A DNA stretch of 64,000 bases from Gemmatimonadota bacterium (GCA_039589315.1 JBDHHQ010000015.1:1-64000); one strand, 5' to 3'; numbered from the stretch's first letter, positions 9,677-20,471 are shown. Notes: generated by a model not told the origin, from the letters alone. Program-made: numbers and translations.

Positions 9677-11401
9677 CTGACGTGGAAGATTGGGACTCGC
9701 GTCCTTTTATTCGTTACCCTGGCCGCATGGCCGGCGTCCGTCGGGGGGCAGCAGAGCTGTCCCGACCCTGCCCAACTCACTGCAGGCCTGACTCCGCCCC
9801 TGGCCGACGTTCGCTACCTGGCCGACGATGGCTTGCAGGGCCGCGAGATCGGCACGCCCGGCGCCTACTGTGCGGCCGACTACCTCGTCGACCGGCTCGA
9901 GGCGATCGGCCTCGGTCCGGCGAGCTCCGAAGGGTATTTCCAACCCTTCACGGTGACAACCGGTTACGAGCTCGGAAGCCATAACCGCCTCGCCGTGGGC
10001 GACACGACCTACACCCTTGGTGAGGACTGGGTCCCGTTCGGCTTCTCGGCGTCGGGCGACTTCGACGGCAACCTTCTATACGGCGGCCTGGGCATGTCCG
10101 GTCAGCTTCTCGTGATCGACGCTCCCGACCCCGACGCCCCCGAGGCCGCGGCGATGGAGGCCGACCCCCACTTCCTGGCGGCGGCCGCTGCGCGCCACGG
10201 CACAGTGGGAGTGATCGTCCTCCTGGCCGACGGCCAACCCCTCCCCGATCCGGCCCGCGAGAGCCGACCCGGGGTGGCCATCCCGGTCGTGGCGGTGGCG
10301 GGTCGGGCGCGCCAGGATTTCCGCGAGGCGGGCGGCAACATGGCGTCGGTGTCGGTGGTGACCGATGTGGCTCCTGCCACTCGCGCGGCCCGGAACGTCG
10401 CGGCATTGCTCGAGGGGACCGACCCGAGCCTTCGAGACGAGGTCGTGATCATCGGCGCCCACTTCGACCACCTGGGTCTGGGCGGCGAGGGGTCGCTGGC
10501 GCCGGACGCCTACGGCACGATCCACAACGGCGCCGATGACAACGCATCGGGCACCGCAGCCCTCCTGGATGTGGCCACGCGCATGGCCTCCAGCGCGGAT
10601 GATCCGGCCCGGTCGGTGCTCTTCCTGTTCTTCACCGGCGAGGAGCGGGGGCTCTGGGGAGCCAGCCACTACGTCAAGGAGCCCATCCTTCCCCTCGATG
10701 CCACCGTGGCGATGCTCAACATGGACATGGTGGGCAAGCTCGGAGACGGCGTGCTCACGGTGTTCGGCATGGGCACGGCGGAGGAGTGGGAGTCCACGGT
10801 CTCGGCGGCCAACCACGCGTTGCCCCGACCATTGGAGCTGTCGCTGCTCCCCGATGGCTTCGGCCCCTCGGACCACAGCGCGTTCTACGGCGAGGGAATC
10901 CCGGTCCTCCACTTCTTCACCAATGCCCACGAAGACTACCATCGTCCAACCGACGACTGGGACCGCATCGACGGTGAGGGGCTGGTGCGCGTGGCCGACC
11001 TGGTCACAGCGGTGGCGTGGGAGGTTGCGGGCCAGGGCAACACCGCGCTCGCCCTCACACCTCTGGAGGGTGCGGGAACCCCGCATGCGGGTGGAGTCCC
11101 GTCGAGCGATTCGGAGCCATCGAGCGGTGGCGGCTATGGACCGTACCTGGGTACGATCCCGGACATGACGCCCCAGGATTTCGGCGTCCGCCTCACAGGC
11201 GTGCGAGAGGACAGTCCTGCGGAGCAGGCGGGCATCGAGGGCGGCGACGTGGTCGTAGAGTTCGGCGGCCTGGAGGTCTCCGACCTCTACGCCTATACGT
11301 ACGCGCTCCGGGAGCACCAGCCAGGGGACGAAGTCGAAATCGTCGTCCTTCGGGAGGGCGAGCGGATCTCGCTGACCGCGGTGCTGGGGCGCCGGAGGTA
11401 G
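9677..11401 (+). CDS. M28 family peptidase with PA and C-terminal PDZ domains
   Basis: IGAHFDHLG, NGADDNASG, TGEERGL, NMDMVG, PSDH, DYHRPTD, YLGTIPD (PDZ). Start uncertain (ATG 9647 or CTG 9677). Confidence 0.9.
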   Translation: MTWKIGTRVLLFVTLAAWPASVGGQQSCPDPAQLTAGLTPPLADVRYLADDGLQGREIGTPGAYCAADYLVDRLEAIGLGPASSEGYFQPFTVTTGYELGSHNRLAVGDTTYTLGEDWVPFGFSASGDFDGNLLYGGLGMSGQLLVIDAPDPDAPEAAAMEADPHFLAAAAARHGTVGVIVLLADGQPLPDPARESRPGVAIPVVAVAGRARQDFREAGGNMASVSVVTDVAPATRAARNVAALLEGTDPSLRDEVVIIGAHFDHLGLGGEGSLAPDAYGTIHNGADDNASGTAALLDVATRMASSADDPARSVLFLFFTGEERGLWGASHYVKEPILPLDATVAMLNMDMVGKLGDGVLTVFGMGTAEEWESTVSAANHALPRPLELSLLPDGFGPSDHSAFYGEGIPVLHFFTNAHEDYHRPTDDWDRIDGEGLVRVADLVTAVAWEVAGQGNTALALTPLEGAGTPHAGGVPSSDSEPSSGGGYGPYLGTIPDMTPQDFGVRLTGVREDSPAEQAGIEGGDVVVEFGGLEVSDLYAYTYALREHQPGDEVEIVVLREGERISLTAVLGRRR

Positions 11402-11477
11402 GGCGCGAGTCGCAGCCCCGGCACTCGGCAGGGAGCGACCCACCCACGTCGCCCTTCCCAGCCGAGCTCCAAGACCC

Positions 11478-12065
11478 TCATCGGCCGCTCGGATCGCGCC
11501 GAACCGCCGGCGCCCCCCGTGGTTGGGTCGCCGCGCGTAATCGGAGGAGGAGCCAGATGCTCACGATGCCGATGATGGGCGAGCTCACCAAACCCGGGAA
11601 GTACTCTCCCGCGGCGACGGCCAGGAGTGGATGCGCGATTCCGTTGAACATCCCGGCGATCGCGAGGAACCAGGCGGCGAAGAACGCGACCGGGTGCAAC
11701 GCCTGCAGTCCTGGGACGGAGACGATCCAGATCCCGAGCCACACGAGGTTGAAGACGACGAAGAGGGAGAACGGCATGCCCGGCACGCCGAACAGCGGCC
11801 CCAGACGATCGTGAAAGCCGGTCGCCGCCTCCTCGGCGAAGTGGATACCCTGGACCACGACGGCAAGTGCGAGCACGCGTGCAGCGGCGAGTCGCTCCTC
11901 TCCGCTCTCTGGAGGTGACCCTCGACCCAGGACGAGGAGCAGCGCGGCGAGCGCTGCCAGACCCAGCACGAGCACACTGGGGAGCACGGTCAACATGGCA
12001 CCTCGCGAGGACGATACGGACTCGAGGAGGTCTCTTCGCTCCAGGGCGAAGAAAGCGGCTCCCAT
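11478..12065 (-). CDS. HXXEE-domain membrane protein
   Basis: Several TM segments; HFAEE, NGIAH and YFPGLVSS motifs. Confidence 0.7.
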   Translation of the reverse strand: MGAAFFALERRDLLESVSSSRGAMLTVLPSVLVLGLAALAALLLVLGRGSPPESGEERLAAARVLALAVVVQGIHFAEEAATGFHDRLGPLFGVPGMPFSLFVVFNLVWLGIWIVSVPGLQALHPVAFFAAWFLAIAGMFNGIAHPLLAVAAGEYFPGLVSSPIIGIVSIWLLLRLRAATQPRGAPAVRRDPSGR

Positions 12066-12442
12066 GAACTGACATCATGACGACGAGCAGGGCAAAAGAC
12101 TCCGCTACGGCGTAGGCGGCGGCGCCCGACATCTCGGGGTCGACGGTGAGATCGTGACTCCTTGAGCCGATTCCCGTCCACCACCACGGCAGCAATTGCT
12201 CGTCAGACGTCACCCGAGCCAGGGTCACCACGTACCTCGGCGGCGGGTTGGCCTGGGTCCCCCTGGGCCAGCGCGCGCGGAGCGGAGCTCCCTCCACCCG
12301 CCGCGGGAGGAACTTCGTTGGATGGGCCCACATGCCCTCGTACATTCTCGGTAGATCGGTCCGGGGCGAACCCTCCCGATGGGCTCGCCACACTTCTACC
12401 TACCGGCGATCCTGGACAACTCCCACCGAAAGGAGCAATGCC

Positions 12443-12862
12443 ATGGGCTCGATCAACCTCGGACGGGTGCTGATGGGTGGATTGCTGACCGGTTTGATCA
12501 TTAACGTCGGCGAGTTCATCCTGAACGTGCCGATCCTCGGAGCGACCTACGAGGCCGCCCTCGCAGACGCCGGTCTTCAGACTTCCCCGTCGGAGATGGT
12601 GATCTGGCCACTGTACGCATTCGCCATGGGGATCCTGGCGGTGTGGGTCTACGCCGCAATCCGGCCCCGGTTCGGTCCGGGCGTGCGGACGGCGGTGTAC
12701 GCGGGCCTGGTGATCTGGTTCGCGATCCTGGGCACGTTCCTCGCCCAAGGCCTGACACTGCCCGTCGTCCCGTCGTCGATACTGTGGATCTCGCTGGTTT
12801 GGGGCCTGGTGGAGATCCCGGTGGCCACCGTGGCGGGGGCGTGGGTGTACCGCGAGGAGTGA
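12443..12862 (+). CDS. Small four-TM membrane protein
   Basis: AGGAG RBS then ATG (MGSINLGRVLMGGL...YAAIRPRFGPG...GAWVYREE); hydrophobic throughout. Confidence 0.8.
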   Translation: MGSINLGRVLMGGLLTGLIINVGEFILNVPILGATYEAALADAGLQTSPSEMVIWPLYAFAMGILAVWVYAAIRPRFGPGVRTAVYAGLVIWFAILGTFLAQGLTLPVVPSSILWISLVWGLVEIPVATVAGAWVYREE

Positions 12863-13005
12863 CGGTCCTCACGCTCATGTGCACAGTCCCCCAGCGCCGC
12901 TGATGCCTGACCCCATCGAACGCTTGAGGTGAGGGCGGGATGGTCGCTGATGTCGCTGCAAACGGTTCGCTTGCAGCGCGATCGAGCCATGCTGAACTTT
13001 CACCC

Positions 13006-15087
13006 ATGACTCGAGAGCGCACTCGGCATCTCGCCGCGGTCATGTTCACCGACATGGTGGGCTTCACGGCACTCATGGGTCGGGACGAAGATGCAGCGCG
13101 AGAACAGATGGTTCGCCAGCGCGACGTGGTTGAGCGACTCGTCGAGGAGTTCGGGGGTCGAGTGCTCCAGTTCTACGGAGACGGGACCCTCAGCGTGTTC
13201 GGCAGCGCGGTGCAGGCGGCGAAATGCGCAGTTGCCATTCAGGAAGAGCTTCGGCGGCCGCCCGAAGTGTCACTCAGGATCGGAATGCACGCCGGGGACA
13301 TCGTAGAGGAGGGTGGCGGGGTCTACGGTGACGGTGTCAACGTCGCCTCTCGCGTTGAGTCGCTCGCTCCGGCCGGTGGCGTTCTGATCTCCGACAGGGT
13401 CTTTGAGGAAATCAGGAACCATCGCGACCTCACCGCCACCTCGCTGGGGACGGTTCGTCTGAAGAACGTCGACCGGCCTGTAGAGGTGTTCGCGCTTACC
13501 AACGAGGGATTACCCGTTCCTGGCCGTGGATACCTGGAACGCTCCACTGACGTGCTGCGAGGTACGGGACCCCGTTGGCCCGCACTCGCCCGCGGTGTCA
13601 CGGCGCTCGCGAAGGTGATTGGACTGGCAGGTGAGAAAACCGGTTCAATTGTGGAGACCGAGGCGACGGCCGAACCCCCGACGGCCGTACAGCACAGGTC
13701 GGTTGCCGTACTCCCCTTCGCGAACATGAGCCCCGACCCCGAGAACGAGTACTTCTGCGACGGGATCGCGGAAGAAATCATTAACGCGCTTACGCAGCTT
13801 CCCGAGCTCAAGGTCGCGGGTCGGACATCCGCGTTTTCGTTCAAGGGGAGGGTTCTGGACGTCCGGGAGATCGGGACCGCGCTGAACGTCGCCACAGTGC
13901 TGCAGGGGAGCGTGCGCAGGATGGGAGACCGGCTCCGGATTACAGCGCAGCTCGTCGACGTTACCAACGGATTCCATCTCTGGTCCGAGCGGTTCGATCG
14001 ACAACTCGACGACGTCTTTGCGATACAGGACGAGATCGCGACAAACATCGCCGAGCGGTTGGAGGTGACGATCGGAGGCACGGTGAGACGGCTCAGGCCG
14101 CACACCGGAAACGTCGAGGCCTACGAGCTCTATCTGAAGGGCCGTGCCCTGCTGTATCAACGAGGAATGGCGATGTTCCGGGCGCGGGAGTGTTTTGAGG
14201 AGGCGCTCGCCCTGGATGAGCAGTACGCGTTGGCCCACGCCGGCTTGGCCGACAGTCACTCGATCCTCGGCTACCACGGCTTCATCGCGCCCCTGGAAGC
14301 ATGGCCGCCTGCCCGTCAGGCCGCTGAGCAGGCCGTGGCGCTGGCGCCCGAACTCGCGGAGGCGCATAACGCCCTCGCAATCGTTGCCTTCGCCCGGGAT
14401 TGGAACTGGGTGACGGCGGACCGCGAGTTTCGGCGCTCCCTCGAGCTCAATCCGAGCTACGTACAGGCCCGAGTTTGGCACGCCGTGGCTTGCCTGCAGG
14501 GGACGCGGGGGGACCACGAAGCTGCAATTGCCGAGGCGCGGGTGGCAGTGGACATCGACCCTCTATCCGCATACACCCACACGATGCTCGCGTATGTCTT
14601 GACCTTCGCCGGCCGAACCGACGAGGCAGTTGAGGAAGCCCGAAAAGGCGTGGAGTCCGATCCCGATTCGTACTGGGGCCAGTTTGCGCTGGCGACCGCA
14701 TACCACCTCGCCGGTCGCCTTTCGGAGGCAGATGGCGCGTATCAGCGGGCGTTGTCCGTATCGGGACGCAATCCGTTGGCCCTGGCGAACCTGGGAAGGC
14801 TGTATGCGGAGTGGGAAAAGCCGGCCGACGCGTCGGCGGTGGCCGTCGAGCTCATGGCTCGGTCCCGACAGCAATACGTACAACCTTCCACCGTCGCGCT
14901 GGCCGCGGCATGCGCCGGCAGGGCCGAAGAGGCTCTCGGGCTCCTTCAACGGGCCTTCGAAGAACACGACCCCTGGCTAGCATGGGGTGCCCTTACCTCC
15001 CCATGGTTCGGGCCGTTGCGAGCACTCGCGGGATACGAGGAGCTACTGACGCGAATGAAGCTGCCCGTGACTGTCGGCGCTTCATGA
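13006..15087 (+). CDS. Class III adenylate/guanylate cyclase + TolB-N-like + TPR protein
   Basis: AAVMFTDMVGF, GDG, LRIGMHAGD, GDGVNVASRVE; SVAVLPFANMSPDPENEYFCDG; TPR repeats. Confidence 0.9.
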   Translation: MTRERTRHLAAVMFTDMVGFTALMGRDEDAAREQMVRQRDVVERLVEEFGGRVLQFYGDGTLSVFGSAVQAAKCAVAIQEELRRPPEVSLRIGMHAGDIVEEGGGVYGDGVNVASRVESLAPAGGVLISDRVFEEIRNHRDLTATSLGTVRLKNVDRPVEVFALTNEGLPVPGRGYLERSTDVLRGTGPRWPALARGVTALAKVIGLAGEKTGSIVETEATAEPPTAVQHRSVAVLPFANMSPDPENEYFCDGIAEEIINALTQLPELKVAGRTSAFSFKGRVLDVREIGTALNVATVLQGSVRRMGDRLRITAQLVDVTNGFHLWSERFDRQLDDVFAIQDEIATNIAERLEVTIGGTVRRLRPHTGNVEAYELYLKGRALLYQRGMAMFRARECFEEALALDEQYALAHAGLADSHSILGYHGFIAPLEAWPPARQAAEQAVALAPELAEAHNALAIVAFARDWNWVTADREFRRSLELNPSYVQARVWHAVACLQGTRGDHEAAIAEARVAVDIDPLSAYTHTMLAYVLTFAGRTDEAVEEARKGVESDPDSYWGQFALATAYHLAGRLSEADGAYQRALSVSGRNPLALANLGRLYAEWEKPADASAVAVELMARSRQQYVQPSTVALAAACAGRAEEALGLLQRAFEEHDPWLAWGALTSPWFGPLRALAGYEELLTRMKLPVTVGAS

Positions 15088-15358
15088 TCGCTTGAAGAGA
15101 ACAGGACACGGCCGCGCACCCGCAGCAATCGCATGATGGCACGCCGTGCCGAAGGAGTCACCGGGGTGTCCGGACGATACCCTCCCGAGGGAAACCAGGT
15201 CTGTCGGCTGTGCCGCCCAGTTTGGTGACGTGTGGGTTTTCGACCAAAGCGATCTCAAACCCCGAGCAGGCTTTCCAGCCCAACAGTGACTCCGGAATCG
15301 TCAGCCGGCCCATGGTGCCGTTGGCACCGGAGATCCCGACCCACCTGCAGCCCGCCCC

Positions 15359-16510
15359 CTACGCCGGCCCCTCCGTCCGCTCGATCCTCACGGCCCGCTT
15401 GGCCAGCTCAGCCACGTAGTCGTCGGCCGGCACGCACTCGTCCGGGGTGTGGGCACCCGGCGAAATGCGGCCGTCGGCCTGCATGACGCCGGTGACTGCC
15501 AAGGAGTACCCAGTCGTGCGCATCATGGCCGTGATGCCGTTCGCTGCATCGTACAGGTCCAGCAGCTCGTAGCGGACCTTCCGGGGCTGGCCCCCTTTCC
15601 GCCCCACCACGTCGACAGACAGCGCCACCAGATCGGGGCTACCCGGCTTCCGTAACCGGGGCGAGACGATCTCGATGAACGCCTCGCGTGGGGCGACGTC
15701 GCAGTCGCCCACCCGCACCGGCTTCACGTCCAGCAGGCCCAGCTCGCGGATGGCCATCATGAGCTCTGCGTGGCCCGGGTAGCGGAGGGTCTTGTAGTCC
15801 ATGTCCCGGACCTTGCCCCGGTGCCGCAGGGGCTGGGTGGAGATGCCACCTGCGGTGAAGAACGCCTCCAGCTCCCCCACCGGCTCGGGGAAGGTCACGG
15901 TCTCCACGCCCGTCAGTGGATCCCTCCAGACCGGCTCGTAGTCCCGGAGGACCAGGGCCGGGTTGGTCATGTAGTCGATGGCCCCGTGCAACGAGTACAC
16001 GATCTGGTAGTTCAGGGGCGGCTGCGGATCCTGAGGCAGCCCCCCGACCCGGATCTTCACCGTGTCCACCTCGTCCAGCGCCTGGATGCCGGCTTCCGCC
16101 AGGATGTTGACCATCCCGGGAGCCAGGCCGCAGTCGGGTACGATGCTGATGCCCTTCTCCGCCGCCTCGCCAGCGCAGCTCTTCTGCTGCTCCACCAGCT
16201 CGGTATTCCCACCCAGGTCGCAGTAGTGGCACCCCGCCATGAGCGCCAGGCGGGTCACGGCCAGGTTCATGTAGTACGGGAGGGCGCAGACGGTCCCGTC
16301 GACGCCCTCCATGACCCTCAGCACCTGGCGCTCATCGGTCGCATCGACCCGCTCGAGACGGATCCTGTCGCCGATGAACGGCTTCAGGAACGGTCTCGGA
16401 CTGTCGATGGCCACGTCGGCCATGACGACGCTCGTGACCTCGGGACGCTGCGCCAGATCGAAGGCGGCGGCGGAGCCCTGGGCCCCGCCGCCGAGAACCA
16501 GAATCTTCAT
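15359..16510 (-). CDS. Saccharopine dehydrogenase / lysine 6-dehydrogenase family protein
   Basis: VLGGGAQG, YCDLGG, DCGLAPG, VGGLP, YKTLRYPGH, TAMMRTTG. Confidence 0.9.
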   Translation of the reverse strand: MKILVLGGGAQGSAAAFDLAQRPEVTSVVMADVAIDSPRPFLKPFIGDRIRLERVDATDERQVLRVMEGVDGTVCALPYYMNLAVTRLALMAGCHYCDLGGNTELVEQQKSCAGEAAEKGISIVPDCGLAPGMVNILAEAGIQALDEVDTVKIRVGGLPQDPQPPLNYQIVYSLHGAIDYMTNPALVLRDYEPVWRDPLTGVETVTFPEPVGELEAFFTAGGISTQPLRHRGKVRDMDYKTLRYPGHAELMMAIRELGLLDVKPVRVGDCDVAPREAFIEIVSPRLRKPGSPDLVALSVDVVGRKGGQPRKVRYELLDLYDAANGITAMMRTTGYSLAVTGVMQADGRISPGAHTPDECVPADDYVAELAKRAVRIERTEGPA

Positions 16511-16582
16511 GTGTGAGGTGATGTCGGAGTTGCCTGAATGAGGCCTTTGGAAGCCGGGCGGCCGAAGTATGTCACCCCCGGC

Positions 16583-19129
16583 CTACCCAAGCAAATCGAG
16601 CTGCCCCAGGGCCCCGTTCCCCCCGGAGTCGACCCCCGAACCGTTCTCGTTGCTCATGTCTTCGACCGAATCCACGCCTCCGGTCGAGGGTCGAGCCGTC
16701 CCGCGTCGGTGGGCCCGTGTCACCTCCGTCACGCGCTGCCCGGGGCGCAGCTTGACGAGGCTCACCCCGCGGGTGCGCCGGCCTTGCATCGGGATCTTCG
16801 AGGCCTCCAGGCGGGTGATCTCACCACTGGACGAGGCGATCATGACCGTGTCCTCTTCGAGTACCTCCATGGCGGCGACCAGGGCGCCGGCCTCACCGCC
16901 GGACGGTAACGCCAAGGTCCCGAGCCCCCCGCGCTTCTGTAGGGGGAAGTCCGTCACGGGGGTCCGCTTGCCCATGCCGTCCACCGAGACGCTGAGCACG
17001 GATGCGTCTCTGCGGATCAGGATCATGCCCACCACGCCGTCCCCTGCCCGGAGATCCATGCCCTTCACGCCCTGAGCGGTCCGTCCCATCACGGATACGT
17101 CGGTCTCGGGAAAGCGGATGGCCCGTCCCCGGCTGCTGAGGAGCATGACCTCGGCGGTGCCATCCGACATGGCCACATCCATGATCTCGTCGCCGGGCTT
17201 CAGGCCGGCCGCAATGATCCCTCCGGCCCTCGGGTTGGAGAACTCCCCGAGGGCCGTTCGCTTCATGACGCCGGCCTTGGACAGGAACACCAGCAGCTTG
17301 TCGTCGTCCAGGTCATCCGCCGGTACCAGCGACACCACCCGGTCACCGCGATCCGCGTTGCACAGAGCGTAGACGGATTGGCCCCGGGACGCCCGGCTTC
17401 CCTCGGGCACGTCCAGGACAGGGAGGAAGTGACAATGTCCGCCCTCCGTGAAGGCCAGGATCCAGCCACGCGTCCTGGCCACGAAGATGCGCTCCAGATA
17501 GTCCTCGTCGTACTTCTCCATGCCGGCCAGCGCCTTGCCGCTCGTGACCCGGCGCCGGTAGAGGTGCATGGGGATGCGCTTCACGAAGCCCTCGTGACTG
17601 ACCGTGATCACCACGTCTTCGTCCGCCAGGGCGCGCTCGACGTGGACCTCCTCCTGGCCGTCTTCATCCAGGATCACCGTGCGACGCTCGTCCCCGTGGC
17701 GCTCCACTACCTCGTCGAGCTCCTCCAGTAGCAGCGTGAGCTGCCGCTCTTCGCTGCCCAGCAGCGCCCGCAGCTGGCGAATCTGCTTCTGCAGGACCTG
17801 GAGTCTCTCTCTCAGCTCCTCGTGCTCCAGCGCCGTGAGGCGACCCAGGCGCATGTTGAGGATGGCGTCGGCCTGGATCTCGGAGAGATCGAGCTGTTCC
17901 TGGAGCCGGGAGGATGCCTGCGGGCGGTCCCGCGACTCCCGGATGATGGAGATCACCAGATCGATGTTGTCCAGCGCGGTCAGGAGCCCCTCGGCGATGT
18001 GGTAGTCCGCCTCCGCTTTCTCCAGCTCGAAGCGGGACCGCCGCTGAATGACCTCCAGACGGTGGTCGCGGTAATGCTCGAGAATCTGCTTGAGCGTAAG
18101 CTCGCGCGGCTGACCGTGATCCAGCGCCAGGAGGATCGCCCCGAAGGTCGCCTGAAGGTACGTGCGCTTGTAGAGTGCCCGAAGGATGGCCGCGGCGTTC
18201 GCCCCCCGCTTGAGCTCGATCACGAGGCGCATGCCGTCCCGGTCCGACTCGTCCCTGAGCTCGGTGATGTTCTCGAGGCGCCCCTTCCGTACCAGTTGAG
18301 CGATCTGCTCGATGAGCTTCGCCTTGGACACGGCGTACGGCAGCTCGGTGACCACGAGCTGCTCCTTGCCCCCCCTCCGGGCCTCCTTGATCACCCGGCC
18401 CCGCATGATCACCCGGCCTCGTCCCTTCTCGTACATGGACTGGATGCCGTCACGCCCTACGATGAATCCTCCGGTGGGGAAGTCGGGCCCCGGGATGTGC
18501 GCCATCAAGTCCGCGAGGGAGCACTCGGGGTTCTCCACCAGGACCCTCACGCCCCGCGCGACCTCTACCAGATTGTGGGGTGGGACATTCGTGCTCATAC
18601 CCACCGCGATCCCCGCGCTGCCGTTCACGAGCAGGTTGGGGACGCGTGACGGCAGCACCGCTGGCTCCTGGAGGCGCCCGTCGAAGTTCGGCAGCCAATC
18701 GACGGTGTCTCTCTCGATCTCGGCCAGGAGCTCCATGGCCACCTGAGCCAGACGGGCCTCGGTGTACCGGTACGCCGCCGCGGCGTCGCCGTCGACGGAT
18801 CCGAAGTTCCCTTGCCCATCCACCAGGGGGTAGCGGAGGGCGAAGTCCTGGACCATGCGCACCAGGGCGTCGTACACCGCCGAGTCGCCGTGGGGGTGGA
18901 ACTTGCCCAGCACCTCACCGACGACGGTAGCGCTCTTCTTGTGTGGCCGGCTGGGGAGGAGGCCGAGCTCGTGCATGGCGAAGAGAATCCGCCGGTGGAC
19001 GGGCTTGAGGCCGTCCCGCACGTCCGGGAGCGCTCGTTGCACGATGACGCTCATCGAATAGTCCAGGAACGACTCCTGGATCTCGTCTTCGATGAACCGC
19101 TTTACGATCCGTTCCCGCGTCTGAGCCAT
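16583..19129 (-). CDS. Type IIA topoisomerase A subunit (GyrA/ParC family; GyrA-box degenerate)
   Basis: [25 protein letters not shown], active-site [16 protein letters not shown]-terminal beta-pinwheel repeats. Confidence 0.95.
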   Translation of the reverse strand: MAQTRERIVKRFIEDEIQESFLDYSMSVIVQRALPDVRDGLKPVHRRILFAMHELGLLPSRPHKKSATVVGEVLGKFHPHGDSAVYDALVRMVQDFALRYPLVDGQGNFGSVDGDAAAAYRYTEARLAQVAMELLAEIERDTVDWLPNFDGRLQEPAVLPSRVPNLLVNGSAGIAVGMSTNVPPHNLVEVARGVRVLVENPECSLADLMAHIPGPDFPTGGFIVGRDGIQSMYEKGRGRVIMRGRVIKEARRGGKEQLVVTELPYAVSKAKLIEQIAQLVRKGRLENITELRDESDRDGMRLVIELKRGANAAAILRALYKRTYLQATFGAILLALDHGQPRELTLKQILEHYRDHRLEVIQRRSRFELEKAEADYHIAEGLLTALDNIDLVISIIRESRDRPQASSRLQEQLDLSEIQADAILNMRLGRLTALEHEELRERLQVLQKQIRQLRALLGSEERQLTLLLEELDEVVERHGDERRTVILDEDGQEEVHVERALADEDVVITVSHEGFVKRIPMHLYRRRVTSGKALAGMEKYDEDYLERIFVARTRGWILAFTEGGHCHFLPVLDVPEGSRASRGQSVYALCNADRGDRVVSLVPADDLDDDKLLVFLSKAGVMKRTALGEFSNPRAGGIIAAGLKPGDEIMDVAMSDGTAEVMLLSSRGRAIRFPETDVSVMGRTAQGVKGMDLRAGDGVVGMILIRRDASVLSVSVDGMGKRTPVTDFPLQKRGGLGTLALPSGGEAGALVAAMEVLEEDTVMIASSSGEITRLEASKIPMQGRRTRGVSLVKLRPGQRVTEVTRAHRRGTARPSTGGVDSVEDMSNENGSGVDSGGNGALGQLDLLG

Positions 19130-19377
19130 AGCGGCCGGGCCTCCCTGACACTGATTCCATCTGCGACCATCTGGGTTCGGCGTATCTTCGGACGATCGCG
19201 AGGCCCGTGCAAGCGGCTGTCGCCCGTGAGTCGAAGGATCACGGGGCAGTGTCGGGCGAGAGCTGCGGCGGATGTCAGCGGTGGAGACGGCGGAGGGATG
19301 TCAGTCGGTGCGAGATCGGGGCAGCGGGAGGAGGGCCGGCGGTGGCGCCGAGTCGTCCCAAGCTGGCGCTGACCGAG

Positions 19378-19689
19378 TCAACTCGGTTCGAGGCCCTCCT
19401 TGGCCAGGAGCTCCAGAATCCGTCCCTTCAGCTCCTCCGGGGGGCCCTCGGTGGGCTCGGTCTTCCGGACGACGTCCAGGAAGGTGCGCTCGAACGTCAG
19501 ATGCGGATAACATCGGGAGCAGACGTCGAAGTGCGCCGTCACCCGATCCTGCCACGAGTCGTCGAGCTCTTTATCGAGGTACTCGTACAGTCGCTCCAGC
19601 GCGTCCTGGCAAGAGATCATGCCGGAATCTCCATCCGACCCGTTGGAGCCTGCCGCCTCCCTGCCGAAGAGTCTCTTGATCCACTTCAT
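19378..19689 (-). CDS. Zinc-finger (zf-HC2/ZAS) anti-sigma factor, RsrA/RshA-like
   Basis: SCQDALERLYEYLD...HFDVCSRC (HxxxCxxC), directly downstream of the ECF sigma factor. Confidence 0.88.
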   Translation of the reverse strand: MKWIKRLFGREAAGSNGSDGDSGMISCQDALERLYEYLDKELDDSWQDRVTAHFDVCSRCYPHLTFERTFLDVVRKTEPTEGPPEELKGRILELLAKEGLEPS

Positions 19690-19731
19690 CGTGCGTTCCG
19701 TTGCGCGGGTGCAGCGCGGGCCCGACCGGCC

Positions 19732-20319
19732 TCAGCGCTCCTCGATATATCCTTCGGAGACGGCGTAGTCGTACAACTGCTTCTGCAGCTGTCTCCGTCC
19801 CCTGAAGAGTCGGCTTTTCACCGTCCCAACGGGAACGTCCATCATCTCTGCCACTTCGTTGTAACTGAAGCCCTCCAGGTCTGAGAGGACCACGGCCGTC
19901 CGGTACTCCTCGGGGAGCTCGTCGATGGCCTCCAGGATCTTCGCGTCCACGATGGAGTTGAAGAAGCTCCCCTCCGGATCCTTGCCCTCGGCGCTGCTCC
20001 AGAGAGGGTTGACCGCCGGAACGGATCCCGAGTCCTTGGGCACGTTCTCCGAGATGATCGCGTCGTGCCGCTGGGTCCGCTCACGGTGACGAAGGAAGAC
20101 GTTGCGGCAAATGGTGAACAGCCAGCTCTTGCAGCGCGTTCCCGGCGTGTACTGGTCCCAGGCCCGGTAGGCCCGAAAGAAGGTGTCCTGCACCAGATCC
20201 TCGGCCCGGTCTCGAGAGCCCGAGAGGCGCAGAGCGAACCGGTAGACGGCGTCCATGTGAGGGAGCGCCTCTTCCTCGAAGCTCGCAGTCTGCTTCTTCT
20301 TTTCCCCGCCTTCCGCCAC
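19732..20319 (-). CDS. ECF RNA polymerase sigma factor (SigR/SigH-like)
   Basis: AEDLVQDTFFRA, SWLFTICRN, SYNEVAEMMDVPVGTVKSRLFRGR; GAGGAG RBS before GTG 20319. Confidence 0.93.
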   Translation of the reverse strand: MAEGGEKKKQTASFEEEALPHMDAVYRFALRLSGSRDRAEDLVQDTFFRAYRAWDQYTPGTRCKSWLFTICRNVFLRHRERTQRHDAIISENVPKDSGSVPAVNPLWSSAEGKDPEGSFFNSIVDAKILEAIDELPEEYRTAVVLSDLEGFSYNEVAEMMDVPVGTVKSRLFRGRRQLQKQLYDYAVSEGYIEER

Positions 20320-20360
20320 GTCGGTCTCCTCGGGCACGTACCCAGCACTCGGCTTGGCTA

Positions 20361-20386
20361 AACCCGTGACCTCGGTTTGGAGTTCC
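20361..20386 (-). promoter_or_regulatory. ECF (SigR/SigH-type) promoter GGAAC-N18-GTT
   Basis: Minus strand reads GGAAC tccaaaccgaggtcacgg GTT, about 40 nt upstream of the sigma start. Confidence 0.65.
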
Positions 20387-20471
20387 GCGGCTGACCGGCG
20401 TCGACTGCCTCGATTGGACGCACCCACTCCTGGCTGCTGGGACGGGCTGGGGCTCGGTGGAGGTGGCGAGG

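Noticed and set aside
12940..15087. Cyclase as part of a Pycsar/CBASS-type defence system
   Set aside because: It has the common cyclase-TolB-TPR architecture and no effector gene is adjacent.
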